A DNA stretch of 64,000 bases from Leucoraja ocellata (lineage: Eukaryota), in contig JAWMAR010000013.1 of NCBI GenBank assembly GCA_036785375.1, forward strand, positions 9,052,001-9,116,000, read 5' to 3'. This document shows, in pieces, positions 25,221 to 37,562 of this stretch. Every line of letters begins with the position of its first letter. The stretch's first letter is position 1. The notes under the pieces are model-generated. The model was given only the letters and a program-made list of their open reading frames with translations. It was not told where the DNA came from and searched no databases. Position numbers and translations under genes: made by a program.

Positions 25221-25949
25221 GCAGGTGTTTTGGGGGCAGTGGGTGTTTGCCATGCCTTTGCCGGGGAAGGAGACTGGTGTGAGCCAGGCAAGCACCAGAA
25301 GGTTCAGCGTTCCTCCACCCAAGAGGATGTCCTGAACATTATAGGGGAGCTCTAGTCTGAGTCCAGGCTTTGCTCCATGGGGACATGGAAAGCTGCCCAC
25401 AAACCTGCACAGCAAACCTGATCCCATTTACATGAAAATCATGGAACAGCTCTGCAGCACGTGGTAAATAATATCGCTGACATTTCAATGCTTCACAATA
25501 GCGTTATCATAGCCAAGCCACAGGAGGGCATAAGCCAAGTATTTAAATTTGAGCATTTTTGGCAAGGTACAAAAGGGCATACTGTATATTATATGCAAAT
25601 ACGTGCATCACTCATGTACAACATTATTTTCCATCTATTGTTGACGAGGGGTTAGACGTTGGAGGGGTTTGAAAATGGAGGATTAAGAGAGGCGGTGCAC
25701 AAGTAGAGATAACGGTCGGGCATGAATGAGAACATTTTATGTCAATACATTGCGAGTCAGAGAATCTGTTATTGCCACAGTGCCAAGTTGGATGGGGTTG
25801 AATGAGATAGAGGAAAAAAATGGAAACTTCTCCATGGTTAATTGCCTTTCAGTGACCACTTCTGGAGACTTAATGCAAAGTTTCGCTCAAGATAGTTATC
25901 CAGTCTCATATGGGATTTTGCCTGTTTTGTCCACAATACATTTAGTGCT

Positions 25950-26510
25950 AATATTCAACTTTGTTGCAGTTCTGCAACTATCAAACACTGTCCATCAATG
26001 ACGCACACCTTAACTTCAACCAGATCGCCTGCAGCCTTCTAGACATTGAATTGAGCTTCCAACCACACATCTTCACCATTAACGATGCGCTATTTCCCTT
26101 TCCAAATATCAGCCATCTCGGCCCATGCCTTGGCCATTAGGCCTAGCCCACATATTTGCGTTTGATGGTGCAGTAGCTCTCAGGCCCCCAATGACATGCA
26201 AATACAATTATTTTCCTCTTAACTCTCCATGACTATTCACAGAGGCCTCCTTCAGTCTGACATACCACTAACTACACTCCTCCAGTTTACACCTCTGTGC
26301 ATTGGCCATTCCCTTAGCTGTGTGTTTCAGTTGTGCTCTGAGCCATCTAGGTTGCAAGTTCTTGAACTCTACACTTTTGCAAGTCACCCTTGAGAACTTA
26401 CCTCATTGATAAAAAGCATTTGGTCAGCTATTCTAAGATCACGGTTGACTTAGATCCATTTTATATTTGATTACGCTTACGCGAAGAATATTTCCTACGT
26501 TAAAGATTTA
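25950..26510 (+). mobile_element. Old L2 LINE 3' fragment
   Basis: ELSFQPHI...YF...NISHLGPCL-like remnant and an L2-type tail (ctacgttaaag). Confidence 0.5.
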
Positions 26511-26961
26511 AGCGACCTGTCATGTATTTAGCACATCTCATTATTGATGACTTTGCCACCATTCCTTTTCACAGATTCTACTTTCAAATAACAGCTCAGT
26601 CAACATGCAGACCCTGTTCCTTTGAATCATCTCCCAAGTAAGGATTAGCAAAGAATGAAAGAAGTGGAAAATAAAATTTGGGATAAAAATATCAACCACT
26701 GAATAGAATATCCGATGGATATACTGTGACATGGCTCAAGTGCTTCAGTGTACAGAACGTAGAATGAAGCGGTATTTTACTACGATTAGAAATAATTGCC
26801 TTTTCCCACCAGTTACTTTCCTTAAGAATATATTTTTACATCACCCTCTGCAATTCAAGACACAATGATTTTACGAAAATGATTTTAAGAGTTTACCTGC
26901 CCAACATAGCAGACATGATGGCATTGAAAGGCAGAGCAGGTTTAACAGGCGGCTTGGGTTT

Positions 26962-27525
26962 AGATTTCTCATAGTCACATGTATCAAGGCATTTTGAAAA
27001 GCTTTGTTTTCTGCTTGCTATCCAATCAGATCAAATAATATTGAACATAAATACAATCAAGTCAAACTCAAGTATAATGGGTAGAGCAAAGGGAAGGAAC
27101 AGAGTGCAGAATATAGTTCTCAGCATTGTAGCGCATCAGTTCCATAGACAAAGTCCAATGTCCACAATGGGGTAGAAGGGAATCAGACAGTACCCTAACG
27201 GTCAGAAGGACTGTCAGAAGACTGGCAACAGAGGGGAAGGAGGTATTTCCGATTGTGGTGGTGCACACTTTCAAGGTTCTGTCCCTCTTACCTGACGGGA
27301 GCAGGGAGAAGGAGGAATGACGGGGTGGGACTTTGAATAAGTTGGTTGCTTTTCCAAGGCAGTGTGATATACAGATGGAGTTAATGGTGGAGTCTGGTCT
27401 GTGTGATGGACTGAGCGACATCTACAACTCTTTGCCAGTTCTTGCGGTCTTGGGCATCAAACCAACTGTGGTGCAACCTGACAGCATGCTTTCTATGGTG
27501 CATCTGTAGAAGTTTGTAAGAGACA
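26962..27525 (-). mobile_element. Rex1/Babar-like LINE 3' end
   Basis: HSSFSLLPSGKRDRTLKVCTT..NTSFPS resembles the Rex1 C-terminal FSLLPSGRRYR..TTR..NSFFP motif; tail homologous to 59640-59730. Confidence 0.8.
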
Positions 27526-27616
27526 CGGTCAACTCCTGCTATTTCGATGTAACCTTATTCTCATTCTGAGGCAATTCAATGACCGTGCTCCTTTTAGAGA
27601 CAGGATAATTAAAAAA

Positions 27617-27770
27617 AAGACAAGATGCTGGAGTAACTTTTCGGGTCAGGACCCTTCTCAAACTAAAACGTCATCTATCCATGTTCTCCAGGGATGCCAT
27701 GTGACCTGCTGAGTTGCTCCAGCACGTTGTGTCTTATTTTGTAAACCAGCATTTGCAGTTCCTTGTTTCT
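27617..27770. mobile_element. Penelope-derived hairpin element
   Basis: gatgctggagtaact...ttcgggtcaggacccttc...gagttgctccagcac...cagcatttgcagttcc. Confidence 0.75.
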
Positions 27771-27988
27771 TGGGTAATGTAAAGGTTTTTGCCATTGGAA
27801 GGAATCAGCTTTTGGTTACGCCAAAAACGAGATGCAAGTGAAGCCCACTACATCAGCAGGAAAGAACATTTAAAAATAGGGTCCTCAGTAAGAAAATAGA
27901 GTCACATTAACAATAACTAAAAAAAGAGGAAATGCAGGTGTCAGCATTCTGGAAGGAACAACAAAATGCCAGAAGCATTCCAGAGTTA

Positions 27989-28193
27989 AGGGCCTGTCCC
28001 ACTTTCACAACCTTTTTTACTCGTGGACATTCTTCATCAGGCTAGAAAAACTCCCTGACCTACTTGATGCCACGAGTACCTACAACTAGCATCACGACCT
28101 ACCTGGGGCCTCGTGACGACCAGGCTGTGAGTACGAGTCAAGGGCAAACTCAGCAGAGGTCGTGAATTAGGTCGTGAAAGTGGGATAGGCCCT
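27989..28193. mobile_element. PIF/Harbinger-type MITE nested in an old Penelope hairpin (about 27930..28290)
   Basis: TIRs agggcctgtcccactttcac / gtgaaagtgggataggccct with TTA duplication; shares its TIR with 9936-10245. Confidence 0.88.
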
Positions 28194-28660
28194 TTAAGGC
28201 AGCATTTATGGGAAGACTTGCAAAGTTGTCTCAATTTCCCTTTCCAAGGATATTGCCTGACCTGCTGAATTTTTACAATATTTTCTGTTTTAATTAAATT
28301 GAATAAAGAATGAGGGGAAGAGAACAAAGTAATTGTTTCCAATATTTTATGCACAATCATTATAATGCAAGTTTGTGTTTTGGGTTAATGCTGATACTTT
28401 TGGGTCAATGCATTACATTTTTCTTTACATCAATGAATTTGCTTAACACTTACAAATATGGACAAATCAAAAATCTGTACTGATGAACAAACTGAATGCT
28501 GTTGCATTCTAGTAATGTAGACCCCTCTACCTTCATGATCTAAACCTACCTAAAATGTTGCAAAATTATAACTGCTGATGCACGAGTCACAATTTACATA
28601 ACAACAATCAAATCACATTATGTACAGCTCATTTTTTAATTCTTGGTTTTTGATTTTTAC

Positions 28661-28773
28661 CTGTAGCCTTTTGTGAACCTTTTCTTCGTTTTAGAGCCTT
28701 CTGTAGTATCTCCTTCATCGTGACATTCATGCTGTCAACTTGAATAAGTGAGAATCCACTCTGTGGGGCATTA
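28661..28773 (-). CDS. MAPKAP1: MAPKAP1/SIN1 internal coding exon (start of Ras-binding domain; equivalent to human exon 7)
   Basis: Minus strand cctcttgcag|TAATGCC...GCTACAG|gtaaaa; 113 nt. The AT from the upstream exon plus T gives Ile, then [37 protein letters not shown](G), matching SIN1 [38 protein letters not shown]. Confidence 0.96.
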
Positions 28774-29867
28774 CTGCAAGAGGAACAAGCATTTCAATTA
28801 AGAAAATTTGAAACACCAGTTTAATTATTTCAAGTTTACACTGCATCAAGATCTGGATTAAAGAATTTCAGATGGTTGACATCGTTCTGTGAAATGTCAA
28901 GACATTTCACCATTAAACTCACCCAAAAAAATCATCAATGCGGGCATCGGAATTAATTACAGAATTAAGCCCAGCTTGATCTGAAGCAACTTATAAAATA
29001 ACAGGTAGGGTGAATTTTTATAATAAAGCAGTCTTCATTATACTGCAGGAAAGCATTATTATTTTCTAATAAAACAAATCTTTCATTCACATAAACACAT
29101 TCAAGTTGAACATTTCCAGTAGTTTTCCACAAAATAAATTTATGATATACAAGTAAAAAACATCCCCCACAAACAACAAGGTCCATATTCTACAAGGAAT
29201 TTTCAGACATCTGGCTAAATAAACAAACACTGACAGTCACATTGAGCCAATGTTTTCTCCCCAGAAGAAATTCATTTATCTTTTGGTTCAGCATCTGATT
29301 AGATGCTATTCTATGAAATACAATACAGATCTTAAGTAACAAAGGCACCAAGTATATTTGTTATTTAACTATTATATTGTAATAGTCTATTTTAAACTCG
29401 GTGTCAAAAAAGCTGTTATGGACTAAGGAGAGCTAAAACACCAATCTTTACTCATGTCACAATTCATGTCACGATCAGCAACTTTTTAGTACCAATTCCC
29501 TCTCCCTCTGGAATTTAAACAGAACGAGTCTGAGAATTTGCCAGATCAGCTATTCTTGACATCCGATGAAGATTGTAACATTTTTCTGCTTCAGATATGG
29601 ATACATCTCAAATCCATCTGAAGGTCTTGCAAAGAACTCCATCACCAGATATTAAACTTCCAAATCCACATTCTTAAAAGAAATGCGTCAGCTTGACAGT
29701 AATCCTCTACCATAACAAAGTATCAGGGCAGAAATATGCCCAAAGTCATTTTTCTTGTGATTTGTATATTTAAATTGAGAGCAAGCGACTTCTTGCTTGT
29801 CTGAACGCAATAGTTTGTTTGCTGATTTTGGTCTAATTTACGGAACTCAGAAGGTAAGCATATCAAC

Positions 29868-30455
29868 ACCGAATTGTTTAAATATAAACAGAATTAAAGT
29901 GTCATTTCAAAATATTTTACTCCTTGGAGGGAGGCTGGTTATAAATGTTGCAACTTTTCATTAACCGACAAAAAGCCTGCAGAGGTAACAATGAACTTGG
30001 GGATAAAACTTGGCATCGTGTTTAGCCCGGGCATTGTAGGCCGAAGGGCCTGTTTCTGTACTCACTTATATTCTCTGTTAAAACCGAAATCTAGCAAATC
30101 CCAAGGATCTAGCAAGGACCTTGACACCTCCCTCACTTCGTGTAGGAAAGAACTGCAGATACTGGCTTAAATTGAAGGTAGACACAAAATGCTGGAGTTA
30201 CTCGGGTCAAGACCCTTCTTCAGACAGATTCAGGGTCTTGACCTGAAAAGTCACCTATTCCTTCTCTCCACAAGATGCTGCCTGTCCCGCTGAGTGACTT
30301 CAGCATTGTGTCTACCTCCCTCACTTTTTTGTTTATCTACTTATGAACTGAACTGTTTAAACATAAATAGAATAAATTGTCATTTCAAAATATTTTACTC
30401 ATTGGAGGGAGGCTGGTTACAAATGTTGCAACTTTCATTAACCATCACAAAAGCC
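29868..30455. repeat. ~110-bp direct duplication (about 29868..29977 and 30347..30455)
   Basis: tgtcatttcaaaatattttactc(c/a)ttggagggaggctggtta(t/c)aaatgttgcaacttt occurs in both copies. Confidence 0.9.
30139..30313. mobile_element. Penelope-derived hairpin element with 13-bp TSD
   Basis: acctccctcactt at 30126-30138 and 30314-30326. Confidence 0.85.
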
Positions 30456-32315
30456 AGTTGCGATAGTGAGAATAAAGGACATTTTTAAAAACCTGCTTGG
30501 AGGTTGTGTTAAAGCTGAAATGTTGATTTTGAATTGGTCAGAGAAAGCTTCCAAATGGCCTTTGCCTGTGATTTTAAAACCTTTCCTTTCACCATTTTGC
30601 TGCTAATTCCAGGCATGGCTTTAAGTTCTACTATCAACACCTACAAGATGTAATAAGTCGTCAGCAACGTTGCAAAGTGAACCCGAGCCAGGGACCATCA
30701 CCAGCTTAAACCAACAGGAAGTCAGTGAACAGCACATTCGTAACCAGCTTGCTGAGCGCGAGCAAAAGAATCCTCGAGCTTTTGCCAATATGTTGGGCTG
30801 GTTTACCGTGGTCAAATCCTTCCCACCAAGCAGCCGGCTGAGAACTGTCAAACTAATCATACATTACACTCTGTCACCGAACCCATGCTGAACCACAGCC
30901 ATCACTTACATCAATATCTGGAGCAGGTCCCAGACTGCTCAGTGCAGACAGCTTTGCAAGCCAAACCACCGTCAGAATTCTCCTTTCAGTTACACAAGGA
31001 ATACCAAGATGATCATTTTTAAATTTCACTTAACATTGAAGGATTCAATTTAAAAAAAAAAATGTATTTGGTAAACTTTTCTTTACCAAGTTCTTGGAGA
31101 CAGGAGAAAATGGTGTATTAACAGATCGCAAACTGCAGTTAAACACCTTGGTTTTAATCTGACACCTACCTACCAAAGCTACAGATATGAATATTACTGC
31201 TAATTTCATGTGAGGAAATACAGATGGTTCAGTTTCAGCTTTTCATCCCTGTAAATTTATAAAATGTGCCGTTCCAAAATGAATTCTACAAACAAATTCC
31301 GATGGCACTTAAGCACTTACATTATAAAATGCACAGTACCAAGGAAGTCTTCCTAATGCTATCATTCACATTTGTCAACATAAAGACAGGGACTATGGAA
31401 TTTTTACTGTAATATTAGAATATGGCTGTTAGTTAACTTTCCTCTCTCATCTATCAGAGCAATTGCACCCAGCACAACAATCCCATCCAGAAGTGAAACT
31501 ACACGTGCCCTAATGTTTAAAACACAGAGTCAGGAATCAGAACATCACCCAGGTCCTTTGCTTCCAGCCACTTTAATCTTGCAGCCATGAATCTCTGAAA
31601 ATAATAAACCCACTGCAACATTACAAGAAATAATTGTGAACATAAATATTTTCATCAGCTGTCTATTAATGACATCTGATATCTACAAATGAATGTGAGG
31701 AGGTAACCCAAATACAGGGTTCAGTTGACAGCTGCTTCTGAGCTTATGAGATCATCGGCACCCCATAATTTGATTACTTATGAGCTGCACTCATTGTTTT
31801 ATGGATTATGACATCCCTAATTGCAAATACTTCCTGCTGGCTGACTAGCAACACTCGATGACAGGAACATTTTCAGCATCAAGGCTCATGCACTGAATAT
31901 TTGTCATGATCCTATTATTCAAGGCTACTTGCATTAATACTTATAATACATGCACAGATGATCACAGGTTGGGTTGCAACTGATTCCAGCTGATTGCAGA
32001 AGTTATTTCACCATGATTGAAGACCCATGTGGTTTATATAGTGTACAAACTAGCAGTGTATTCAAGTTGCAGGGCCTCACAAGCAGATTCTTATCCGAAG
32101 AGTGGAACAGGCAAGATTGTGAGCAGAGAATACTGAAGCCTCAGTGTGTTCCACAGGACAATGGGAGGTAGGTTAAGATCAAACTCTCTCACACTTAAAC
32201 CACGGTGCAATGGAGAGAAGTTATGTCCACACAGATAATTGTGGATGCTACTTTGGTGAAACCAGAAAATGTTGTGCAACTAACGAGGGCGGGGGGGGGG
32301 GCTCAGGGTTGAAAC

Positions 32316-32424
32316 AAATTCCAGAGAAATAGTTAAATAGTTTGATTAAAACAATGATTTAATTGAAATGAAATTCCAGAGAAATAGTTAAATAGTTTGA
32401 TTAAAACAATGATTTAATTGAAAT
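32316..32424. repeat. Perfect 55-bp tandem duplication
   Basis: aaattccagagaaatagttaaatagtttgattaaaacaatgatttaattgaaat(g) repeated twice. Confidence 0.95.
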
Positions 32425-34359
32425 TGTATCACATTTAACAGACAGCAATGTGTGGGTCAATGCATCGGTCGTGTTGGGCACAGCTAGCGCCTCACTGCTT
32501 TGTGTGGGACGGTGGCTTTTGTGTTTTTGGTGGCGGGAGACAAAAGAATATTGATAAGCTCACCAAGAAACTTCGCATTTTGTTTGAATTATGCCGCTTC
32601 ATCTTTCATTTCCACAGAAACTAATGAAGCAGAGAGCTGGGGCCCAGACTGAAAGAATACGCGGTACTCCTGCAATGGGTATTAGGCAGCGTTGTTGCTC
32701 ATATCCAAAAATATCTGATGTTCAGCCATTCAGAATCCCACTTGGTGTTCCGATTAAAACTCTGCTGCGGGGGAAGTGGTGAAGGGTAACCATCAGGGGG
32801 TCAAAATAACTGACCTTGGGAAGAGATATTCCCGATCCGTGGGTTTTCTATCACACATGAAACCGCCATATCTATTGGTTGGCTTTGAGTTGATGTTGTA
32901 TTATCACAGGTTTACGCATCTTATTTTTACATATGGGCAATATCACAGGATTAAAGTGGCTGAGTTTAAAAATAAACTCAATGGAACACTATTTAAGCAG
33001 CTGGAACATGGTCTGTCTGGGGAACACCGTTGCACAGGTCTTCATTCTAACGTCGCATTCAGGCATTCATTACAGTTATTGATCCCTACATTTAATTCCA
33101 AGCTTCATTAACTGCACCCATTTGCGATCTTCGAAACAGCCCGGACACACCAGGACATCACATGCCAGAAAACATGGCTCAGGCGAAGAACATCCAGATC
33201 GTAAGGCTAACGCAGATTTTTTTTAAAGTGCTCATCTTCTATGGACATTACTGACAAATAGTGTGGTGCAGGAATAAAGAATTACCCTCTGTATTTTTTC
33301 ATTAGACTTTTCTTTTGTAACCGAATACATAAATCCATTGTGGCACAATGTTATATGTATCATCTTGTTACACCTGCAGACGTTTCATAAAAAGGCTGCC
33401 ATGTCTCTGCAGTCAGAAATGATAAGTGAACCACCCGTGAATGTTAATGATAGTGATCATTCTGAGGTAACTGTGCTCTCCATCTTCCTCTACAGCTTCT
33501 GCAGCAGATAAAGGGTGGCAGGGTTTATTGGAGGAAAATGAAAATAACATAGAAGAGAATAGCCACAAAATGCAACAAAAAAGTTCTGATTATAGTAAGA
33601 CTATATGAAGGATCGCGTTGTCAACGTTAAAAATAAAAATGTAAAGCTGCCCATCTGTTAAAATTAACTGGATATTACAATGTTTAAATATGGAAAAAGG
33701 ATGAACTATTAACATACCCATCTTGGTTTTTTTTTAATAAACTTGCAAATCTAACGTTCCTTGATATTAAATTTTCTTGTCACAATGAAGCTTTCTCACC
33801 CCCTTGGAATGCAACCTCTGACACGAGATTCATTGCGTTGAATTGTTTATCCATTGGGAGGCAGTCCTGAGTTGATTGAATAGAACTGTATTTTGCAGTG
33901 CAAGCCTGTGAAACTCTCACCCCCCCCCCCAGAAACTAGGGAATGAATAACCAGGAGCAGAAAAAGTAACAATAAAAAAAGTCCTTATACAACCAAAGAT
34001 GTTGAATAAAGGTTCATAATTTGAGCTCAGTGTTGTGTAGAGTTCAAGAGCGATTATTAATATATTGTTTTTCTTGTTTATTATATATTTTCTGCAAGTA
34101 AGAATTACATTGTTGGTTCATAAGACAATTAAACACTTTGACATATTAATTTTAGGGCATTGTTGCCATTCTAGTTACCATATAAACCATTGGTTATGAT
34201 AATGTTTTAGAACATTCATCAGCATTCTGTTAATTTAGTTATTTCTAGAATCTTCCTTTTATTTAGATCATTTGATCGTACCGTGCAATGCACTCTTAAG
34301 ATTATGTTAATTGTTTAATGCAGAAAATGACCAAAGGACACTGGTTAGCTGTGATAATA

Positions 34360-36095
34360 AAGACATAAGAAATAGACGCAGCAATTGTCTATGCAGTCCT
34401 TTGAATTTGTTCCACCATTAAAATCACAGCTGATCTTCTACCTCTATGGTCTATCACAACACTGCCTTCACAATCCTCTATTCCCCAAATGTCCAGAAAT
34501 CTATTGATATCTATTTTGAATGAACATAATAACTAAACCTTCAGTCCTCTGATGAAGAAAGTTCCTAAAGTTCACCATTCTCTGTATCAACAAATCTGTC
34601 ATCATCTCAGTCCTAAATGACCTGTCCCTTGTTTGGAACTGTGCCTCAATCTGTCACTCTTCAGTCTGGAGCGGGGGAGCGGGGAGCGGGGGAATGTCCG
34701 TGCATTTACTCTGCCAAGCTCTTAATAATTTTCTACTTTCACAAAATCTTTTCTCATTCTTCTGAACTCTCGAGAATATAACCCCACAGTACCAAATTTC
34801 TCTTCATACAACAAGTCCACCATCCTTGGAACCAGTCCAGGGAACCATTCCAACAATGCCTTCTATGCCAAGTACATCCTTACTTTAGTTAAGGAGACCA
34901 AAACGACACAATACTCCGGGTATGGCCTCATCATACAATTGCAACGAGAATTACTTGCTTGTGAATTCAAATCCTCTTGTAATAACGGCTAATGTACCAC
35001 TTGTCCTCCTAATTGCTTATGCAGCTGCATTTTGGCATTTAGCGACTCGTGTACAAGCACACCTAGAACACCAGCACTATCCAAATTCTCACCATTGAAC
35101 AAATACTCTGCCTTTCTGTTGTGTACTGAAGCAGATAACCTCTCAGTGTTCCACATTGCAGCGCATGTGCCAAGATCTCACCCACTCAGTTTGCCTTCAT
35201 TGCCTTACATCTCCCCTGTGCTCACAGTCCAACCTCGTTTAGTGTTGTCAGCCAACATTGAAGTCTGACATTTGGCCCCTGGACGATTCAATGGCACAGT
35301 TTGTAAAATGCTGGTGCTTGTGCCCCAATGGCTGCAGTACCCCACCAGCTACTGCTCACCAACTCGACAACAATCCCCGAATTTCCACTTTTGGATTTCT
35401 GCTCAAAGACCAATTTTCAATCCAAGCCACCAATTTCAAATGATCAAACCTCATGCATATGACCATATCAAGCAACTTAACGATATCCAAGTCTACTATC
35501 CCCACTCGCACCCCCTTAAAGTTCAGAGTCACACAGCATGGAAATGGGTCCTTTGGACCACCAAACTCAGGCCGACCATCTATCACCCAGTCACACTAGC
35601 TCTTCATCATCCCACTTCTCCACACACTCGGGGACATTTAACCTACAAACACACACACGTCATTGGGATGTGGCAGGAAACCAGGGCACCAGGAGGAAAG
35701 CCATGTGATCACAGGGAGAAAGCGCAATCTCCAGACAGCACCTGAGGTCAGGGTCAAACCAGGATCTCTGGCCCTGTGAGGCACCAGCTCTACCAGTTGC
35801 ACACTCTGCCGCCAATATCAACTCTATTTGTCACAGCCTCAACTTCAGTAGATTCATCCAACATCATTTTCCTTTTAAAAATGTATGTTGGATCCATCCA
35901 TTATTCTCGTCAATGTCTTTTGCAATTCCATCCTTCAAATCATGAATAAATCCAGCATTTTCCCTGCCATTGACGACAGGCTAATAGGTTAGTGGTTCCC
36001 CGTTTTCTCTCTCCTTTAATAATGAAGATACTTTTGCAATCTTCCACTCCACTGGAACAAGTCCAGAATCTACAGAACTTTGGAAGGCGATGCAA
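34360..36095 (-). mobile_element. Old CR1 LINE, long decayed ORF2 remnant
   Basis: FQSSVDSGLVPVEWKIAKVSSLLK (CR1 G.VP.DWK.ANV.PLFK motif), ggagaccaaaac..acacaatactcc (LEYCV..WSP on the minus strand) and a cataagaaatag tail. Confidence 0.75.
35524..35813 (-). mobile_element. HE1-like tRNA-derived SINE nested in CR1
   Basis: Minus strand has a tRNA-like head (ggcggcagagtgtgcaactggtagagc...gatcctggtttgaccc), V-domain (ggtttcctgccacatccc) and a CR1-like tail. Confidence 0.85.
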
Positions 36096-37223
36096 AATCT
36101 TTTGTACTGGTCAAAGATATTATGTGAGGCAGCAAAATACACAGTTATTTCATTGGGGCTTTTTGCTTTAAAAGCAAATTGCAAACAAATCCAACCAAAA
36201 CTTTTACACCTTAAAAACTTTGAATTAGAACAACAATGAAATGTGCTTCTAGTTTGTAACTGGCTATTGTCACATCCTTGCTAAGTAACAGCACAAACTA
36301 TTCCCTGATTAGATGTTGTCTTATTAAGGATTTTTAATAATTAAAATCAGATTGCATATGTAAAGGTAATGAATGGTCAATATTATTGGGCCACATTGTA
36401 TAACAATTTGAAAGTGTTCAGATGGCAGATTTCCTTTATTATTTCTGACACCCAATTTGTCCATTCCCTCCATGGATGCTACCTGACCCACGGAGTTCTT
36501 CCCGCAGTTTGCTTTTTGCTAAGGAGTTCCTGTTTACAGGATATCCAATTGTGAAGAGATAACTTGAAAAGTAGTCGTATTGCTTTTTTCACACTGAAAT
36601 GCCAGAGCTAAAGTTCAAGTTCAATGAACGGGGCAACACTTAATTTGAGGGGATTAATAAATACAATAGAATAAGGGACAGCATTAATTGAAATGAATGG
36701 ATTCAAGACCAAATCAAATGTGGTGGGAGAAATAGAGAGGAAGTAAGAAAGACATAAAGGTGTTCAAGTCATTTTGTATTAAAATACATTTCCTTGGAAA
36801 TTCAAGGCTTGAAAGAATGAGAACACCTATTGTAAGACTTAATATCCAGTGTTTGGCAGGCATTACTGTCAGACACACTGTCCGTTTGCTCAACCCAATC
36901 AAGCACCCGTTTGCACGACCCCTGCACTTGCCCAGTGTTATTTATGAACACAGTGGTGCCCAATGTTCAGTTTGCTGGTTACATGCTGCCCACAGATGGG
37001 TTGCCTCAGTGAATGGTGAAATACATGCCCACACTCCCCAATTTGCAGTTACCTTTGGAAACAATTTGGTCCTCCAGACCATCTCCTGATGGGTCAAAAC
37101 ATTGAGTGGGGCAAGGCCCTCTTGCTGAAATGCAAGCTCTGCTGCTAAAAATGCTTTGACAACTGGCCAAGTCACATTGCAGACTCGAAGGCTGGTATTG
37201 GACTTAGAAGTCCATACATGTCT

Positions 37224-37562
37224 TTTTTTTTTAAATTATATTTTTATTTATTAGAAGTACAGTAAATTACAATAGTACAAGCCAGATATATCTTATTATA
37301 TTTATTGTACCCCTTCATTTTTAAGCTTTAGGGAAAGGTATAGATAAAGAAAGTAGAGAAAGTGAGAGAAAGAAAGTTGTGTTCGTGTAAAAGAGTGATC
37401 AATGAGAAAAAAGACAGAGACCCATTGGTTAGAGAAAATAATTAAGAAATAGACCCTAGAAAAGAAAGGCGGAAAAAGGAAAAAAGGACAACCCCCCCCC
37501 CCCCCAAAAAACAAACCCCCAAAGCTCTATTATAAAAAACATGCAAAAGGGATATACCAACT
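37224..37562 (-). mobile_element. Poly(A)-tailed retroinsertion (L1/Tx1-like 3' UTR) with 13-bp TSD
   Basis: tccatacatgtct at 37211-37223 and 37563-37575; T-run at the left end and minus-strand AATAAA just upstream of it. Confidence 0.8.

Noticed and set aside
30670-30700. QSEP peptide resembling the next SIN1 exon (KQSEPN)
   Set aside because: Wrong strand and wrong position relative to the RBD exon; chance match.
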